From: an uncultured bacterium
GTDB lineage: Bacteria; Babelota; Babeliae; Babelales; Babelaceae
Assembly: GCA_963848965.1 (NCBI GenBank)
Contig: CAWKFG010000001.1
Span: 160,001-224,000, forward strand
Direction: 5' to 3'
DNA length: 64,000 nt
The position numbers and the translations under genes are program-made. Each line of letters begins with the position of its first letter. Within the stretch, counting starts at the first letter, position 1. Under the pieces are notes generated by a model. It worked only from the letters and a program-made list of their open reading frames with translations, searched no databases and was not told the DNA's origin. This document shows, piece after piece, positions 60,490 through 64,000 of this stretch.

Positions 60490-62868
60490 ATGAAAAAATA
60501 TGTAGTGCTTATTATGGCTCTCTTGTGTACAGGTCTTACTGAGGCTATGAAACGGCAGGAATATAAAGAAACTCAGGTTAAAAAGACCTCAAATAAGAAG
60601 ATGAAAAGTGAGCATACGTTATCTGAAACTGACGTAGCGCTTATGGTAGCTGCAGGTAAAGGAGATTTAGCTCAAGTTACTACGCTTCTTGCAGCAGGAG
60701 CTTATGTTAATGCTCGTGATATAGGTGGCGCTACTCCGTTACTGCATGCTGTTATCAGTAAAAATAGTGACGTTATAACGCAATCTACTATTATAAAGGC
60801 TCTTTTGAATGCTGGAGCAGATCCATCAATTAAAGATTTTTATGGCCATACGGCTCTTGAATTGGCAGCGCTTAGTAGACAATATCTGTTTGCCTTGGAG
60901 CTCCTGAGATTCCATGCTCCTGGTGGAGATGATTTTTTTCAAGTAGAAGGAAAAGATGGTTTTATAGCCGACGGGGTGTTTTGTCAAGCCCTTATCCTTA
61001 TGGCTAAGGATTTTCCTTTCTCAGCTCTTAAGAAACATATTGAAGAAGCTGTTCAGGTATTTAAACGTGATTCACAAGGAAATAAGAGACTAGCTAATTA
61101 TCTAGCGCTTGCTTTTACGCAAGTGACTAAAGATGCTTTTTTCTATCTCATTAAGATGGGAGCTCAAATTCCAGCTGAGTGGTTGTTACAGCAATCTACT
61201 AAAGAGAAGTTAACAAATTTCTTTTTAAGTGCAGCTTGTGACGGTAAGGTAAAAGTGTTAGAAAGTTGTGTTAAGGCTGGTATTCCCATTAACTATGTAC
61301 ACCTAGATACAGGATATACAGCGCTTATGTTTGCAGCAGAAAATGGTCATGCTGAAGCCGTTAAAGCTCTTATTAAGCTAGGAGCAGATATTACGTTACA
61401 TAATAATAAAGACCATGACGTGCTTTATGAAACAATTGATGCGCTCTTTAGTACTGAAGTTACCGGACGTATAGGTCATCATAAAGAAGTACTTCAGGTA
61501 CTTGTAAAAGCAGGAGCTGTATTTAGATCTTCAGAACGAGAAGGTGTAACTGCTGAACAGAAAAAGCGTAATGATACTATGACTAATGCTATTTTACAGG
61601 GAGATAAAGCTACTATTAAGAGACTTTTAGATGAAGGATTTGCTGATGATGAATCACTTTTAAGTTTTACTGCTTTTGGAGCAGGTTCTGGTCAGTGTGA
61701 ACCATTACTCCTTGCATGCCTTATGGGTAATGCTGACATAGTACAAGAGCTTTTGACTCATAGAGGAAACTTTGATTTTGAAGAAGATCTGTATTCATTT
61801 GATGAGCTCATAGATATTTTAGCAGCAAATGGTAATATAGAGGTAATTGAGCTTCTACTTAACTGGTATAATCAAAACAATGCAGAGAACATAACTATTT
61901 CAGAAGGAGCATTATACTATGCTCTTAGAAATAAGCATATTGAGCTTGTTAAAAAGTTGGCACCAAACTGCGCATGGGGTTCAAGACTGAATATACGAGA
62001 ACTTGCTATTCTTACAAAGCAAAAGAGTATTGTAAGGCAGCTTATTGAAGCAGGAGTGGATGTATGTCAACAATATAACTTCCATTACAGTGTTATAGCT
62101 AAAAATTTAGAAATAGTAGCGCTCCTTACCAAAGATGCTCTTGTTTGCAACTTACTTAACAAATTTTATGATGTAGACGAATTAACAGACACGCTAACAA
62201 ATAGTAAAGTATTCAAAAATGTCTTTTTAGGCGAAGGTTCTTTTGCTCCATTGCAACTTGCTCACCGAGTTCGTTCACCAGAACTTGTACACTTCTTGCA
62301 AGCATGTACTGATGAAAATTTGAAAGGCTATCTTCAAAATCCAGAAGCATATGCTAAAGGTTACCTAGCACAATGCTCTTCTTTACAAACAATAGTACAA
62401 AATAAATATGGCCAAACAGTACTTATGTGGGCATGTATATTTAATCATAAGAGTATAGTACAGCTTTTACTTAATCAGCTTCCTGTATGTTTGCATGCTG
62501 TTGATAGTTATGGAAGAACAGCACTTGTATATGCTATACAGTGTGGAAACACTGAGATAGTCTCTCTCTTGTTAGATGCTTACGAAAGAGAGAATAGTAA
62601 AAAAGCTTATGAAGATAAGCGAGTAAGCAGCATAAACAAGTTTGATAGAGAAGGTAATAATGCTCTTTGTTATGCGGTAATAAAGGGAGATCTTAGCTTC
62701 ATAGTACGCCTCTTAAGTGCCGGTGCTTGTCCTACAGCTCAAGCAATTAAACTTGCTGCAGAGCATGGTCACAAAGAATTAGCACTAAAACTTTTGGCTC
62801 TAATGAGTGAATATGCGCGAATTGCAAATCTTCCTATGAAAGGCCAAGAATTTCCTAAACTTTATTAA
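60490..62868 (+). CDS. Secreted ankyrin-repeat protein with NLS-like N-terminus
   Basis: Signal ...LTEA-MKRQEYKETQVKKTSNKKMK; ankyrin repeats. Confidence 0.9.
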   Translation: MKKYVVLIMALLCTGLTEAMKRQEYKETQVKKTSNKKMKSEHTLSETDVALMVAAGKGDLAQVTTLLAAGAYVNARDIGGATPLLHAVISKNSDVITQSTIIKALLNAGADPSIKDFYGHTALELAALSRQYLFALELLRFHAPGGDDFFQVEGKDGFIADGVFCQALILMAKDFPFSALKKHIEEAVQVFKRDSQGNKRLANYLALAFTQVTKDAFFYLIKMGAQIPAEWLLQQSTKEKLTNFFLSAACDGKVKVLESCVKAGIPINYVHLDTGYTALMFAAENGHAEAVKALIKLGADITLHNNKDHDVLYETIDALFSTEVTGRIGHHKEVLQVLVKAGAVFRSSEREGVTAEQKKRNDTMTNAILQGDKATIKRLLDEGFADDESLLSFTAFGAGSGQCEPLLLACLMGNADIVQELLTHRGNFDFEEDLYSFDELIDILAANGNIEVIELLLNWYNQNNAENITISEGALYYALRNKHIELVKKLAPNCAWGSRLNIRELAILTKQKSIVRQLIEAGVDVCQQYNFHYSVIAKNLEIVALLTKDALVCNLLNKFYDVDELTDTLTNSKVFKNVFLGEGSFAPLQLAHRVRSPELVHFLQACTDENLKGYLQNPEAYAKGYLAQCSSLQTIVQNKYGQTVLMWACIFNHKSIVQLLLNQLPVCLHAVDSYGRTALVYAIQCGNTEIVSLLLDAYERENSKKAYEDKRVSSINKFDREGNNALCYAVIKGDLSFIVRLLSAGACPTAQAIKLAAEHGHKELALKLLALMSEYARIANLPMKGQEFPKLY

Positions 62869-63223
62869 ATCTTAGATAAACAGTACGCGCCTGCTCAGAG
62901 AGTAGACGTGTCATTTTAATGGCCATTGGTGACCTTGTGTATCATAAAGACACGAATCCATTGCCATTCAAGTGCACGAAAGTAATATAAGAAGCTTCAT
63001 TTATGTATTATTGCATAAAGATAACATAGGCTTGAGTGATGTCATGGGCAGTGATTTCTAAAGGCTATGGTAGGATGTGCTTGGATAGTATCTTAAGATA
63101 AAGAGTATGGTAGGTTATAAGGAGTAAAATATAAAAAATATTTTTAATTGAAATTTTTTATATATCTGATATACTGTAATGCATGATTATATATCGGATA
63201 TTAAAGTTATTATAAGGATTAGT

Positions 63224-64000
63224 ATGAAAATAGTAGTTTTGTTTCTTTTGGTTGTACCTTTTAGCAGCCTTGTAGTGGCTATGAAAGATAAAGCTCACTT
63301 TGAAGAGCCTTCTGGCAAAAGGGTTAAGATTGAGCAACAGATAACGAATAAAGATAGAGCGCTTATGGCAGCGGCAGGTAAAGCAGATTTAAAAAAAGTA
63401 ACTGATTTGCTTCAAGCAGGAGCAAATGTTCTTGCTCGTGATGAATTTAGGGGTACTGCGCTTCTTAGTGCTGCTTATGCTGGTAATACTGCTGTTATAC
63501 AAGCTCTCATTAATGCAGGGGCTGATGTTAATGCTAAAGATATCTATGGGCATACTCCTTTAGAAGTGGCTGCAAGAAATAAGCATAATGATGCAGCCCT
63601 TGAACTTCTTAAAGCTCAAGCAAAGGGAAACTATGACTTTTTTCAGATAGAGTTTAGAGATGGTTTTGCAGCAGATAGGATCTTTGAAAGAGCTCTTTAT
63701 AGTGGAGATTCTCCTCATCATTCAACCGACTATATGCAACTTAAAAGTGCTTTAAAAAAGCATATTCAAGATATCGTTCAGAATTTTAAACAAGGTTCTG
63801 TTTGTAAAGAGGTTTTATCGCGCTATTTAGCTGTTACTATTCGTAGTAAGCATTGGTGGGCGACTTTATATTTGCTTGAAATGGGAGCTATCATTCCTAA
63901 TGAATATCTGTTAAACAATGATAGTAAAGCTTATCTTGAAAATTGTTTTTTACATGCGGCTACTCGTGGTAAAGCAAAAGCTTTAGAGAGCCTGATCAAA
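63224..64000 (+). CDS. Secreted ankyrin-repeat protein, paralog of 60490-62868, runs off the right edge
   Basis: Not in the ORF track. MKIVVLFLLVVPFSSLVVA-MKDKAHFEEPSGKRVK...ALMAAAGKADL...YGHTPLE...DFFQIEFRDGFAAD. Confidence 0.88.
   Translation, partial: MKIVVLFLLVVPFSSLVVAMKDKAHFEEPSGKRVKIEQQITNKDRALMAAAGKADLKKVTDLLQAGANVLARDEFRGTALLSAAYAGNTAVIQALINAGADVNAKDIYGHTPLEVAARNKHNDAALELLKAQAKGNYDFFQIEFRDGFAADRIFERALYSGDSPHHSTDYMQLKSALKKHIQDIVQNFKQGSVCKEVLSRYLAVTIRSKHWWATLYLLEMGAIIPNEYLLNNDSKAYLENCFLHAATRGKAKALESLIK

Noticed and set aside
62870..63220. Intergenic region as an ncRNA
   Set aside because: No convincing stems or recognisable motifs.

Overview
AT-rich bacterial chromosome window, read with the standard code. 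The density of ankyrin, WD40, LRR and zinc-finger genes with signal peptides points to an intracellular symbiont or parasite of protists; it resembles Dependentiae/Babelota (TM6), which is an inference. Housekeeping content: sufC-sufB-sufD-(inserted gene)-sufS with a displaced sufU, dnaJ, arfB, MscS, a polar amino-acid ABC transporter, an ABC-2 exporter, EamA, a MutS-domain protein and NurA. Main observations: (1) 16 eukaryote-like or effector-like proteins share an N-terminal signature, a signal peptide followed by small residue-Met-(E/Q/K/V) with the Met at position 18-23; several carry a bipartite NLS directly after it. (2) An unannotated 344-bp ORF-less IS200/IS605-type element consisting of an IscB-type omegaRNA (HEARO-like) sits directly against the ATGA start of a secreted C2H2 zinc-finger gene. 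(3) An unannotated 30-aa His-rich leader peptide lies upstream of the amino-acid ABC operon. (4) Unusual fusions: EndoU-ankyrin, ankyrin-MYND, WD40-BTB. (5) Five decayed toxin-antitoxin loci. Several genes are split by single-base insertions that may be sequencing errors. All calls come from reading motifs by eye; no database searches were run.
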